A stretch of DNA of 64,000 nt. Source: Malacoraja senta. Lineage: Eukaryota. The notes below the pieces were generated by a model. That model searched no databases, was not told where the DNA came from, and worked only from the letters and a program-made list of their open reading frames with translations. Shown here piece after piece: positions 25,596 through 38,629 of the stretch (positions within the stretch are counted from its first letter, which is position 1; each line of letters opens with the position of its first letter). Position numbers and translations under genes: made by a program. Location of the stretch: contig CM075991.1 of the NCBI GenBank assembly GCA_038087875.1, forward strand, positions 13,456,001-13,520,000. Direction: 5' to 3'.

Positions 25596-28500
25596 CTCCA
25601 GAATGTAGTTACTGTATAGGAAGGTGGTTTACTGTAGGTGAATTTATTTCCTCATCCAGAGAGTGGCTATCAGTCATCATTGATCCTAGGTAGGTGAATT
25701 GGATGACAGTTTCCAGCTGACTGGTGTTTAGGATGTTTTCAGAGGGGAGTGGAGTGTCCTGGTCTATGACAACAGTTGTCTTAATACTGATTGCCAGTCG
25801 GTAATCATTGCAAGCAGGAGTCCATCAGCCCCTGAAGTCCTTCTTCTGTTGGGGTGAGATGAGTGACCAATATGATCCCGATGGTTCCTCTTCCTTCTTG
25901 GCGGCGTGCCATTCCATAAGCAGTCTGACCTCCGGCACCTACCGAGGGCCCGTACTTGACACTTGTCTCAGCGGTCACTTCGGCTGCCGGGTTCGTCCTT
26001 GTTCATGGACACTGCGGGCCGAGTCCGATCTTGAGCGGCTTCAATTTTCTGTCATTCAAGTCCACGGTGATCATCAATCTTGGCCATTTCCTGTCATCAG
26101 AAACCGACCTGGTAAATGGAGACAAGAATGGAGTCTTGAAGATTTCCGATCCAAACCGTTGTCTGTCCAATCCCTCCGCAGATGAAATGTCCTCTCGGAG
26201 TCGTGTCCTCGATCGACCTGTCATCCACCTTCAAACAATCTGGAGGAGATCCAGCGCCCTAAGAAATCCCACCGTTGTTCCTCAACAGCTTCTCCAGTGC
26301 CAGGTGTGGAAGTTCGCAGAGAACGTGGAGCAAGATTGGGTCTTCAGGATCTTCAAGCATCTGACATGCAAGTCCATGATGATCGTCAACCTTGGCCATT
26401 TCCTGTCATCAGAAACCGACCTAGTAAATGGAGACAAGAAGGGTCTCGATCCAAATGTCATCTGTCCATTTCCTCCGCAGATGCTGCCTGACCGCTGTGT
26501 TCCTCCGGCAGTTTTCTGCTCCACCTTCGCTGACAGCCCAGCTGTAAAAACACATCTCTATCGCGGTCTTCCACTGAGGGCAGTTTACAGAGGAACAGCT
26601 CCACATTCCCAGTGACACCATATCTTCCTCAGCACCACAGCAGGGTCAGGTGTGATGAAGCTTCTGTGTGCCAGCCCTGGTCCATGGCCGTCTCTTCAGA
26701 TCTTGTCCTCTGGTCAATCACAGGAAACATGGCAGAGGTCGATGACCTCAGGAGGGGAAAGCCGATGATCTACAAAACTTGTCTTCATTCAGGGACAGTG
26801 GTGGAGAACGTTATGTTGCAAGTTCCTAGGTGTCCATGTCTCTGAAGATCTGTCCTGGATGTCCTCACACATCTCCTTAACCATGTCTCTGCTCAATCTT
26901 GTACAACTGGATCTTCAATTTCCTCATCAGCAGACCACAATCAGCACAAACGGGCAACACCTCGTCCTCTATAACCAACACAGGACCAGCTCAAGACTCT
27001 GTGCTCAGTCCCCTGCTCTATGACCAGGACTGCACACCCAGACCACCCCAATGCCTTCTTTAAATTTCACCAACGATACCACCATTGTTGGACAAATGAT
27101 GGATAATGATGAGTCAGAGTATAGGAGAGAGATTGATAATCTGAGGGAATGCTGCCAGTGCAGACGTTTTGTTCTCAATGTCCGCAGGACCACAGAGCTA
27201 TTTGTTGACCTCAGGAGAAAGCCACAGATCCACAAACTTTACTTAATTGATGGGACAGTGGTGGAGAAAGTTGTTCCAAGATCCTGCTTCAAGTTTCTGG
27301 GCGTTTATATCTCTGAAGACCTGTCCTGGTTCCGACGTGTCCCATTTTGTTCTCCACATCACTCCTCGACCGACCTCCGGCACCCACTGCGGGCCCGTCC
27401 TAGGCTGCCCACCACCGGGTCCTCTCTTGGTCCTCTCCCATTCATTTACCGTTCTTGATGTAGGTAAGCCGCCCAAGCTTCACTGCTGTACAGTAACGTG
27501 TTCAACACTCATGCATTGTAGACAGTTACCTTGGTCTTCATTGTGAGTTTCCTGTTCTTCCATGTCCACTTGCTTAGTCTCCCGAAGGTGGGTGCTGTAG
27601 AGGAAGGTGGTTTACTGTACGTGAATTAGTTTCCTCATCCAGAGAGTGGCTGTCAGTCACCGTAGATCCTAGGTTGTTGAATTTAAGACATTTTCCAGCG
27701 TAGTGGAGTTTATGGTGATTTCAGAGGGGAATGGAATGCCCTGACCCATGACAACAGTCATCTTAACGCTGATTGCCGGTCGGTCTTTGGTGCAAGCATG
27801 AGACAGTCTGTCCATCAGTCCCTGAAGTCCTCCTTCTTTTGGGGAGCTGAGTGCTGCATCATCAGCAGGCTGGAGTTCCCTTATAAGCACAGTTCTCATC
27901 TTCGTCTTTGCTTTCAACATTGCCACATTGAAGAGCATCCCATCACTTCTGGTTTGAAGATACACATCTTCCGTGCCTGTTGGGAAGGCGAAGGGCAGAA
28001 GGGCAGATCGGAAGATGCCGAACACCATGGGAGTTGGGACACAGCCTTGCTTCACTCCACTTCTCATGGGGAAACTGTCCGATGTAGCTTCATCAAATTC
28101 CACTGTAGATGCATGTTCTCATGGAAGGAGGTTTAGAAGACGTGGTGGACATCTAAACTTCTCCAGTAGCTGATAGAGGCCGTGTCTGCTGACGGAATCA
28201 AAAGCTTTTGTAAGATCCACAATGGAGTTTGCTGCTCTGGACATTTTTCTTGGATTTGACACAGGGAGAAGATCATGTCCATTGTGGATCCAAGTCTTCG
28301 GAGGAACTTTCCCTCCGAAGACTTGCAGGAAAATGTCACTGGGGCAGATGATGAGTCAGAGCCAGACGAGTTTGACAAATTTCTTAAACGCTGTGGATTC
28401 TCACGTGCAACAGATCGCTGCCAGTTCTACTGGGAAATGTTGACAATGAAATCCCAAATGCAGACGAGAGCGCGGGCGGGGAAGAGGTTGTAGCTCTTTC

Positions 28501-29764
28501 TAGTAGTGGCTCTTAAAAGGGCCTTTGTTGGACAGAGTGAGAAATTCCGGTGCGGTCCCCACTGATGTGGCTTCATATCCGATGGTTTTATACGAACGGC
28601 TCGGGTTCCTGACATCCATTTTCTCTATTTTTGGGCTTCTGTTGCGTGCTATCCAATCCCTCTTGGAGTTGCATGGGAGAATCCACACCGTTTAAGAAAT
28701 TTGTCAAACTCGTCCAGCTCTGACTCATCATCTGCCCCAGTGGCATTTTCTTGTAAGTCTTTGGAGGGAAACTTCCTCGCAAACAGCTGGTGACCACATC
28801 AGTCGGCAGATGTTTCATGCCTTCCGCTTCACACCGTCTGGAGGATATCCGGGGCGACAAGAAGTCCCACCAAGTTGTTCCTCAACAGCTTCTCCAATGT
28901 TCGGTGTGGAAGGTCACGTTGAACGTAGAGCTAGATTGGGCCTTTGGGATCTTCAAGGATCTGTCATTCAAGTCCACGGTGATCATCAAACTTGACCATT
29001 TCCTGTCGTCGGAAACCGACCTGGTAAATGGAGACAAGAATGGAGTCTTGAAGGATCCCGATCCAAATGTCATCTGTCCACTCCCTCCGCAGATGCCGTG
29101 TTCTCTCGGCGGCACGTCCTCGACCGACCTGCAGCACCCACCAAGGGCCCGTCCTCGACCAACCGCCGGCACTCACACATCTGTCATGTTTGTCCCTTCA
29201 GACAATCTGGAGGAGATCCAGGGCCACAAGAAATCCCACCAAGTTGTTCCAACAGCTTCTCCAGCTCCAGGTGTGGAAGGGCGCAGAGAACTTGGAGCAA
29301 AATTGGGTCTTCAGGATCTTTCAATCATCTCTCACTCCAGTCCATGGTGATCATCAATCTTTGCCATTTCCTGTCATCATAATCCAACCTGGTAAATGGA
29401 GACAAGAATGGTGTATTGAAGGGTCCCGATCATAACATCGTCTGTCCATTCCCTCCATAGATGCAGCCTGACCCACTGAGTTCCTACAGCAGTTTTCTGC
29501 TCCAACTTCGCTGACAGCCGAGCTCTTGAAATACATCTCCATCATGGTCATCCACTGAGGGCAGTTTACAGAGGATCAGCTCCACATTCCCAGTGACACC
29601 AGATCTTCCTCAGCAACACAGCAGGGTCAGGTGTGATGAAGCTTCTGCGTGCCAGCCCTGGTCCATGGCCATCTCGTCAGATCTTGTCCTCTGGTCAATC
29701 ACAGGAAACATGGCAGAGGTCGATGACCTCAGGAGGGGAAAGCCGATGATCCACAAACATGTCT

Positions 29765-30237
29765 TAGAAACATAGAAACATAGAAATTAGGTGCAGGAGT
29801 AGGCCATTCGGCCCTTCGAGCCTGCACCGCCATTCAATATGATCATGGCTGATCATCCAACTCAGTATCCCGTACCTGCCTTCTCTCCATACCCTCTGAT
29901 CCCTTTAGCCACAAGGGCCACATCTAGCTCCCTCTTAAATATAGCCAATGAACTGGCCTCGACTACCCTCTGTGGCAGAGAGTTCCAGAGATTCACCACT
30001 CTCTGTGTGAAAAAAGTTCTTCTCATCTCGGTTTTAAAGGATTTCCCCCTTATCCTTAAGCTGTGACCCCTTGTCCTGGACTTCCCCAATATCGGGAGCA
30101 ATCTTCCTGCATCTAGCCTGTCCAACCCCTTAAGAATTTTGTAAGTTTCTATAAGATCCCCTCTCAATCTCCTAAATTCTAGAGAGTATAAACCAAGTCT
30201 ATCCAGTCTTTCTTCATAAGACAGTCCTGACATCCCA
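29765..30237 (-). mobile_element. Short young CR1 3' fragment, same family as 9005-10400
   Basis: GMSGLSYEERLDRLGLYSLEFRRLRGD...GYGEKAGTGY; (AGAAACAT)n tail on the + strand. It interrupts a sequence that is contiguous at ~22450-22470. Confidence 0.93.
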
Positions 30238-31984
30238 GTGTCAGGACAGTGGTGGAGAACGTTATGTTGCAAGTTCCTCGTTGTCCATATCTCTGAAGAT
30301 CTGTCCTGGGTCCAGTACATCAATGCAATCACACACAAAACTTATGACCACCTCTATAAGCTTTTGTAACATCCACAAAGGCGATGAACATGGGGTTTGC
30401 TGCTCTTGACATTTTACTTGTATTTAACACAGGGAAAAGATCATGTCCATTGTGGATCTACCTCCATGGAAACCGCCTTGTGCCTCAGGTCACCGAGTCT
30501 GTTCAGTCTTTGCAGGATCACTCTGGCAAAGGCCTTTCCTGTAACACTCAGAAGTCAGATGTCCCTATAGTTGGTGCACTGCCTTGTTCTTGTACAGTGA
30601 CAATGTCGGTGTTACGTGTGTGTTACGCAGAAACTGCTCAGTCCGTCACAGGTGATGATCTCTTCACCATCAAAGGGATCTACAGGAGATGCAACCTGCA
30701 AAAGGCAACCCACAATGCCCGACCAGTGTGAAAAGCCAACAGAAGCAGGGAAACTGACCTCCATGTTTAAGAGCAGCTCCTTCACAGCAATTACAAGCCT
30801 CTCGAACACTGCACATGAACCACAACAATGAGATATTATGGAATGCGTCTTTTGCTGCCCGACAGATGTTTTTTACACTAGCATTCAATTATTAAATTCC
30901 TGTATTTTTATTTTATTAGTTATCTGTGTGTCATTGCACTACGCTCCCATTATTTTGTTCAGAAGCTCAAAAAACGTGACCTCCAGGTTCAGGAACAGCT
31001 TCTTCCCAGCAACCATCAGGCTCTTGAACACTGCCCGACACAAACCACATCTATGAACTGTGAAGAACGATGGACTGAGTCTTTGGTTGCATTACAGACA
31101 TGTTTACAGTAGTATCGTGAGTATAAATTTACTGAAATGTAAACTAATGCATTTTTGTGTTGTTGCAATTACAGGCTTGATAATCTACAGCAAGAAATCC
31201 ACCCCTCCCCCACCCCCACAACCACCCCCCCTCCCCCACCCATCCCTCCCCCACACCCCCCACTCCCTCCTCCCATGCTCCCTCCCTCCCCCAAACACCC
31301 CCCTCCTTCCATATCCTCCCGCATCCCCCCCAACACACCGCACGCCCACACCCCCCCTCTCCCACCCACACCTCACCCCAGCCCACCCCCTACCACTGCC
31401 CACAGACCCCCCCTCTCCGGCCCAACAACGCTCGTTGCCCCCTCCCTCCTCTCCCCTCCACACACCCCCCAATCCCCCACACACACTCCTCCCCTACACA
31501 ACCCCCGCCCACACACACCCCGCCAACACAACACAAGAACTCTGCACTTACATCCTCCTCACAGTTCACACTGCCACCCAGCTTTGTGTCATCTGCAAAT
31601 TTGCTAATGTTACTTGTAATCCCTTCACCTAAATCATTAATATATATTGTAAATAGCCGCGGTCCCAGCACCGAGCCTTGTGGTACCCCACTAGTCTCTG
31701 CCTGCCATTCGGAAAGGGACCCGTTAATCCCTACTCTTTGTTTCCTGTCTGGCAACCAATTTTCTATCCATGTCAGCACTCTACCCCCAATACCATGTGC
31801 CCTAATTTTGCCCATTAATTTCCTATGTGGGACCTTATCGAATGCTTTCTGAAAGACCAGGTACACTACATCCATTGGCTCTCCCTTGTCCATTTTCCTA
31901 GTTACATCTTCAAAAAATTCCAGAAGATTAGTAAAGCATGAATTCCCCTTCATAATTCCATGCTGACTCGGACCGATCCTGTTA

Positions 31985-33448
31985 AGGGCCAGTCCCACTT
32001 GGGAGACATTTTTGGCGACAGCCTGAAGAGGTTGTCGCGTCGTGACGCGGTGTGACGCATGTAGTGACGTGCGGTGTCTCCCTGTCGCCCCTGGATTTTG
32101 GAATGTTCAAAATCCAGGGGCAACATCTGGGTGTCTCATCATGTCGTGCGCCCTGTCACACGCTGACGTATGCTGTCCTGCGGGTGACCCCCGGTTAGGG
32201 TTAGGGTAAGAGACCACAGATGGGCTGTAAAATATTCTTCCTTCAATGCATCGATTTTAAACATTCATATATAAAATTAATACAATAAAATCAATTGTGC
32301 AAATAAAAAGATGTCTGAGTCATTCAGATTTATTCACAGATGTATTGGTCCGTTTCCAGATCCAATCACCCAGTTTTCAACTGTACCCAGTTGAAAAGCC
32401 CGCTGCCTCTGGGGGTTTGGAGAGACCATTGGAAGAGAGATCTGGGACAACTCGTGGTCAACAGTTTACTTCCCATGAGCAGGCAGAAAATTGGGGGTTC
32501 GAGTCCAACCCCTGGGGCCCCTGTATCACATTTAGTTCAGAGATACAGTGCCCATCGGCCCACCGTGTCCGCACCGACCAGCGATCCCCCGCACACTATA
32601 CCACACACGCTAGGAACAATTTATACTTATACCAAGCTTACCAACCTAGAGTTAGGGTTAGGCTTAGTGTTAGTTAGGGTTATGGTTATGGTTAGGGTTA
32701 GTGTTAGTGTTAGTGTTAGGCTTAGGGCTTGGGTTTGTATGAATTGTCCCTAGCGTGTGTGGGATAGTGTGCAGGTATTTGCTGATCGCAGGCTGGGTCC
32801 ACAAATGGGGGCATCGGGGAAAATGGGGTGGGGGGATTGGAGAATGGGAGAAGGGAGGGAGAGGGGGAGAAGGGGTTGTGAGGGGAGGGGGGGCAGTGAA
32901 GAAGGGGGGAGGAGTGGAGCGGGGAGAAGGGAGGAAGAGGGGGTAAGGGAAGAAGGGGGGGAGGGGAGAAGGGGAGAGGAGTGGAGCGGGGAGAAGGGAG
33001 GAAGAGGGGATAAGGGAAGAAGGGGGGGAGGGGAGAAGGGTAGGGTGGGTAGTGGAGAAGGAGGGATGGAGCGGGAGGTGGGAAGAGGGGGGTGAAGGGG
33101 AGAGGGGAGTTCAGTCTACACTCACTGAATCCATCCCTGTGAAAAGTTAGAGACGGTGAATGGATCTGGAAGCGGACCAATACATCTGTAAATAAAACTG
33201 AACGACTCAAACATCATTTCATTTGCACAATTGATTTTATTGTATTAATTTTAATATATTAATATTTAAAATCCATGCATTGAAGGAAGAATATTTTACG
33301 GCCCATCTGTGGACCCTAACCCAAACCCTAACCGGGCGTCACCCGCAGGACAGCATACGTCAGCGTGTATGTCGTACAACTTGACTGTTTTACAGGCGTC
33401 AGTCACTGACGTTCGCAGTCGCCGAAAAAATCGCAAAGTGGGACAGGG
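31985..33448. mobile_element. Non-autonomous PIF/Harbinger-like element, copy 1, inserted in a CR1
   Basis: Left TIR AGGGCCAGTCCCACTT after TTA; right TIR AAGTGGGACAGG (clipped); internal ~210-bp inverted repeats. Confidence 0.75.
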
Positions 33449-34733
33449 AAATGTGCCGCTATTTCATCTTTTATAATTGACTCCAGCATCTTCCCCACCA
33501 CCGATGTCAGGCTAAATGGTCTATAATTCCGTTTTCTCTCTCCCGTCTTTCTTAAATGTGGGCTAACATTAGCTACCCTCCAATCCTCAGTCACATCAGT
33601 TTACCCAACACCATTTCCTGCCTAATGTGGATTTCCTTCAGTTCCTCAGTCACCCCAGATCCTCTGGCCACTAGTACATCAGGAACATTGTTTGTGTCCT
33701 CTTTAGTGAAGACGGATCTAAAATACCTGTTCAACTCATCTGCCATTTCCTTGTTCCCCATAATAAATTCACCCTTTTCAGTCTTCAAGGGTACAACTGT
33801 GGTCTTAACTATTTTTTTTCCTCTTCACATACCTAAAGAAACGTTTACTATCCTCCTTCATATTTTTGGCTAGCTTACCTTCGTACACCCCCACCCAAAC
33901 CCCCTCTCCCGCACACACACTCCCTCACCCACCGCCCCCCACCACACACACCCTCAACCCACACCCCTCCCAAACACACTCCCTCCCCCACATACACCCC
34001 CCACCCACACACCCCTCACTGCCACCCACACACGACCCTCTCTGGCTCCACAACGCTTGCTCCCTCCCTCCCTCCACAACACACACACCCCCACTCACAA
34101 AGCCCCCTCCAGCGAAACAATGTTTCCTGCACTCCCTCCCCTCCCTCCCACACACCGCGCCAACACCATTTTCAGTCTTCAAGGGTACAGTACAACTTTG
34201 GTCTTAACTATTTTTTTCCTCTTCAAATACCTAAAGAAGCTTTTACTATCCTCCTTTTATATTTGTGCCTAACTTACCTTCGTACCCCCCCCCCCCACCA
34301 CAGCCCCCTCCCCCACCACCCCTCTCCTTCCTCCCACTTCCTACCTCCTCCCGTACCCCCTCCCCTACCCACACCCCCTCCCCCACCCCCCATGCTCCCT
34401 CACCTCCCCCAAACACACACCCCGCCTTGCGGTACCTCACTAGTCACTGCCAGTCATTCTGAAAGGGACCCGTTAATCTCTACTCTTTGTTTCCTGTCTG
34501 GCAACCAATTTTCTATCCATGTCAGCACTCTACCCCCAATACCATGTGCCCTAATTTTGCCCACTAATCTCCTATGTGGGACCTTATTGAATGCTTTCTG
34601 AAAGTCCAGGTACACTACATCCACTGGCTCTCCCTTGTCTATTTTCCTAGTTACATCCTCAAAAACTTCCAGAAGATTAGTCAAGCATGATTTCCCCTTT
34701 GTAATTCCATACTGACTAGGACCAATCCTGTTA

Positions 34734-36154
34734 AGGGCCAGTCCCACTTGGGAGACATTTTTGGCGACAGCCCGAAGAGGTTGTCGCGTCGTGGTTGGGT
34801 CGTGTTGGTTGTGACGCATGTAGTGACGTGCAGTGTCTCCCTGTCGCCCCTGGATTTTGGAATGTTCAAAATCCAGGGGCAACATCTGGGTGTCTCATCA
34901 TGTCGTGCGCCCTGTCACACGCTGACGTGTGCTGTCCTGCGGGTGAGTTAGGGTTAGGGTAAGAGACCACAGATGGGCTGTAAAATATTCTTCCTTCAAT
35001 ACATCGATTTTAAACATTCATATATAAAATGAATACAATAAAATCAATTGTGGAAATAAAAAGATGCCTGAGTCGTTCAGATTTATTCACAGATGTATTG
35101 GTCCGTTTCCAGATCCAATCACCCAGTTTTCAACTGTACCCAGTTGAAACGCCCACTGCCTCTGGGGATTTGGAGAGACTATTGGAAAAGAGATCTGCCC
35201 TCTGGGACAACTCGTGGCCAACAGTTTAGTTCCCATGAGCAGGCAGAAAATTGAGGGTTTGAGTCCAACCCCTGGGGCCCCTGTAGCACATTTAGTTCAG
35301 AGATACAGTGCCCATCAGCCCACCGTGTCCGCACCGACCAGCGATCCCCCGCACACTATACCACACACGCTAGGGACAATTTATATATATACCAAGCCTG
35401 TCAACCAAGAGTTAGGGTTAGGCTTAGTGTTAGAGTTATGGTTAGGGGTAGTGTTAGTGTTAGGGTTAGGGTTATGGCTAGGGTTAGGGCTCGGGTTTAT
35501 TATATACTGTCCCTAACATGTGTGGGCTAATGAGCTGGTATTTGCTGGTCGCAGGCTGGGTCCACAAATGGGGGGCATCGGGGAAAATGGTGGGGGGGGG
35601 GGGGTTGGAGAATGGGAGGGAGAGGGGGAGAAGGGGATGTGAGGGGAGGGGGGGAGTGAAGAAGGGGAGAAGAGTGGAGTGGGGAGAAGGGAGGAAGAGG
35701 GGGGAAAGGGAGGAATGGGGAGAGAGGAGTGGAGAAGGATGGAAGGAGCGGGAGGGGGGAATAGGGGGGTGGAGGGGAGAATAGGGGGGTGGAGGGGAGA
35801 GGGGAGTTCAGTCTACACTCACTGAATCCATCCCTGTGAATAGTTAGAGACGGTGATTGGATCTGGAAGCGGACCAATACATCTGTAAATAAAACTGAAT
35901 GACTCAAACATCTTTTCATTTGCACAATTGATTTTATTGTATTAATTTTAATATATTAATGTTTAAAATCCATGCATTGAAGGAAGAATATTTTACAGCC
36001 CATCTGTGGACCCTAACCCTAATCCTAACCCTAACCGGGCGTCACCCGCAGAACAGCATACGTCAGCGTGTATGTCGTACAACTTGACGGTTTTATGGGC
36101 GTCAGTCACTGACGCTCGCAGTCACCGAAAAAATCGCAAAGTGGGACAGGCCCT
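34734..36154. mobile_element. Non-autonomous PIF/Harbinger-like element, copy 2
   Basis: TTA|AGGGCCAGTCCCACTT...AAGTGGGACAGGCCCT|GTA; the CR1 sequence rejoins across it. Confidence 0.8.
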
Positions 36155-37129
36155 GTACTGCTATCCAAATGTGCCTCTATTTCATCTTTTATAATTGACT
36201 CCAGCATCTTCCCCACCACCGATGTCAGGCTAACTGGTCTATAATTCCGTTTTCTCTCTCCCGTCTTTCTTAAATGTGGGCTAACATTAGCTCCCCTCCA
36301 ATCCTTAGTCACATCAGTTGACCCAACACCATTTCCTGACTAATGTGGATTTCCTTCAGTTCCTCAGTCACCCCAGATCCTCTGGCCACCAGTACATCAG
36401 GAAGATTGTTTGTGTCCTCCTTAGTGAAGACAGATCCAAAATACCTGTTCAACTCATCCGCCATTTCCTTGTTCCCCATAATAAATTCACTCTTTTCAGT
36501 CTTCAAGGGTACAACTGTGGTCTTAACTCTTTTTTTCCTCTTCACATACCTAAAGAAGCTTTTACTATCCTCCTTTATATTCTTGGCTAGCTTACCTTCG
36601 TACCCCCCACCCCACCCCCGCTCTCCCTCACACACACCCCTCTCCCCCCTCCCACATCCTCCCTCCCTCCGCACCCTCTCCCCCACACACCGCCCGCCCC
36701 CACCCACAAACCCCTCCCCTCCCCCACACACCCCGCCAACAGAAGAACTCTGCACTTACAAACTGAGACTTGAAAAATGGCACCAAACCTGGACTCTCTG
36801 TCTACTATCTCAATCTACTACCGTTATACACTTGTACCGTATCCGAGATGCTTATTTAAGATTTGTCAGTGATTATGTATGGTGATACACGTATTAAAGT
36901 GTTTACAGAAATGAATTTCACTTTAGCTTGGTAAATATGACTAATAAAGAACCATTGGACATTTATAAGCACAGTTCTTACCTTGGTCTTGGCTTTCAAC
37001 ATTGCTAGAATGAAGAGGTTACTGTCGCTTCTAGTGTGAAGATACGCTCCTGTGTCAGTCGTGAAGACAAAGGACAGAGGGCAGATAGGAAGATGCCGAA
37101 CAGCATGGGAGCTGGGACACATCTTTGCT

Positions 37130-38000
37130 TCAATAGGCAATTGGTGCAGGAGTAGGCCATTCGGCCCTTCGATCCAGCACCGCCATTCGATGTGATCATG
37201 GCTGATTATCCACAATCAGTACCCCGTTCCTGCCTTCTCCCATATCCCCTTGACTCCGCTATCTTTAAGAGCCCTATCGAGCTCATTCTTGAAAGTTTCC
37301 AGAGAAGTGTCCTCCACTGCCCTCTGAGGCAGAGAATTCCACAGACTCACAACTCTCTGTGTGAAAAAGTTTCCCCATCTCTGGTCTAAATGGCTTACCC
37401 CTTATCCATAAACTGTGGCTGACTCCCCCAACACCTGGAACATGTTTCCCGTCTCTAGAGTGTCCAAACCCTTAATAATCTTATATGTTTCAATAAGATC
37501 CCCTCTCAGCATATGACAGCCCCACCATCCCGGGAATTAACTTTGTAAACCTACACTGCACTCCTTCAATAGCATGAATGTCCTTCCTCAAATTTGGAGA
37601 CCAGAACTGCATACAATACTCCAGGTGTGGTCTCACTAGGGCCATGTACAACTGCAGAAGGACCTCTCTGCTCCGATACACAACTTCCTCTTGTTATGAA
37701 GGCTAACATGCCATTCGCTTTCTTCACTGCCTGGTGTACCTGCATGCTTACTTTCATTAACTGATGAACAAGGACCCCCAGATCCTGTTGTACTTCCCCT
37801 TTTCCCAACTTGTCACCCCACTAGTCACTGCCTGCCATTCTGAAAGGGACCCGTTAATCCCTACTCTTTGTTTCCTGTCTGCAACCAATTTTCTACCCAT
37901 CAGCACTCTACCCCCAATACTATGTGCCCTAATTTTGCCCACTAATCTCCTATGTGGGACCTTACCAAATGCTTTCTGAAAGTCCATGTACACTACATCC
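37130..38000 (-). mobile_element. Degenerate CR1 with an internal deletion
   Basis: YMDFQKAFGKVPH and [22 protein letters not shown]1 3' UTR at 37130-37260. Confidence 0.88.
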
Positions 38001-38629
38001 TTCAAGCCTCCATTCTAGTCTCCATTCACCAGGTCAGTTAAGGACAACAGCAGATAGCAGAGGTTGATGATCGCTATGGACTGGAATAACACATGGTTGA
38101 AGATCCCAAAGGCCAATCTTGCTCCACGTTCTACATGACCGTCCACACCTGGCGCTGGAGAAGCTGTTGAGGATGGTGTGAAGGGGAAAACATGAAACAT
38201 CTGCTGACTGATGTGGTCGCCAGCTGGTTGCGAGGAACTTTCCCTCCAAAGACTTGCAGGAAAATGCCACTGGGGCAGGTGATGAGTCAGAGCTGGAGTT
38301 TGACAAATTTCTTAAATGCCGTGGATTCTCCCCTGGGAAATGTTGACGATGAAATCCCCAATACAGATGAGAGTGCGGGCAGGGTGGTTAGTGGCTCTTA
38401 AAATGGCCTTTATTGGACGAAGTGAGAAATTCCGGTGCGCTCCCCACAGATGTGGCTTCAAATCCGATGGTTTTACACGAACGGCGATCAAGTTCCTGAT
38501 GTTCATTTTATCTGTTTTAGTTTAGTTTAGTTTAGATTAATCTGGTTTACTTTAGATTAGTTTATATTGTCATATGTACTGAGGTACAGTGAAAGGCTTT
38601 TGTTGCGTTCTATCCAATCCCTCTTGGGG

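Larger units (their letters stand above)
21272..29720 (+). repeat. Near-identical 4.1-kb direct repeat (21272-25395 and 25596-29720) either side of an assembly gap
   Basis: The ORF track repeats at an offset of 4324/4325; by eye I saw only one substitution (21712 vs 26036) and one 1-bp indel (~22448 vs ~26772). Confidence 0.95.
31550..36600 (-). mobile_element. CR1 ORF2 fragments (31550-31984, 33450-33885, 34425-34733, 36155-36600) in a ~2.75-kb tandem duplication
   Basis: NYRPVSLTSVVGKMLESIIKD, MGNKEMADELNRYF and YLDFQKAF motifs repeated at an offset of ~2749. Confidence 0.85.

Noticed and set aside
31060..31632. Pro-rich ORFs (also at 32722, 33866, 34263 and 36343)
   Set aside because: C-rich low-complexity DNA and antisense of CR1
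32190..36040. Telomere fusion site or telomere-integrated herpesvirus
   Set aside because: TTAGGG tracts are short, degenerate and inside TIR-bounded elements; no viral ORF recognised
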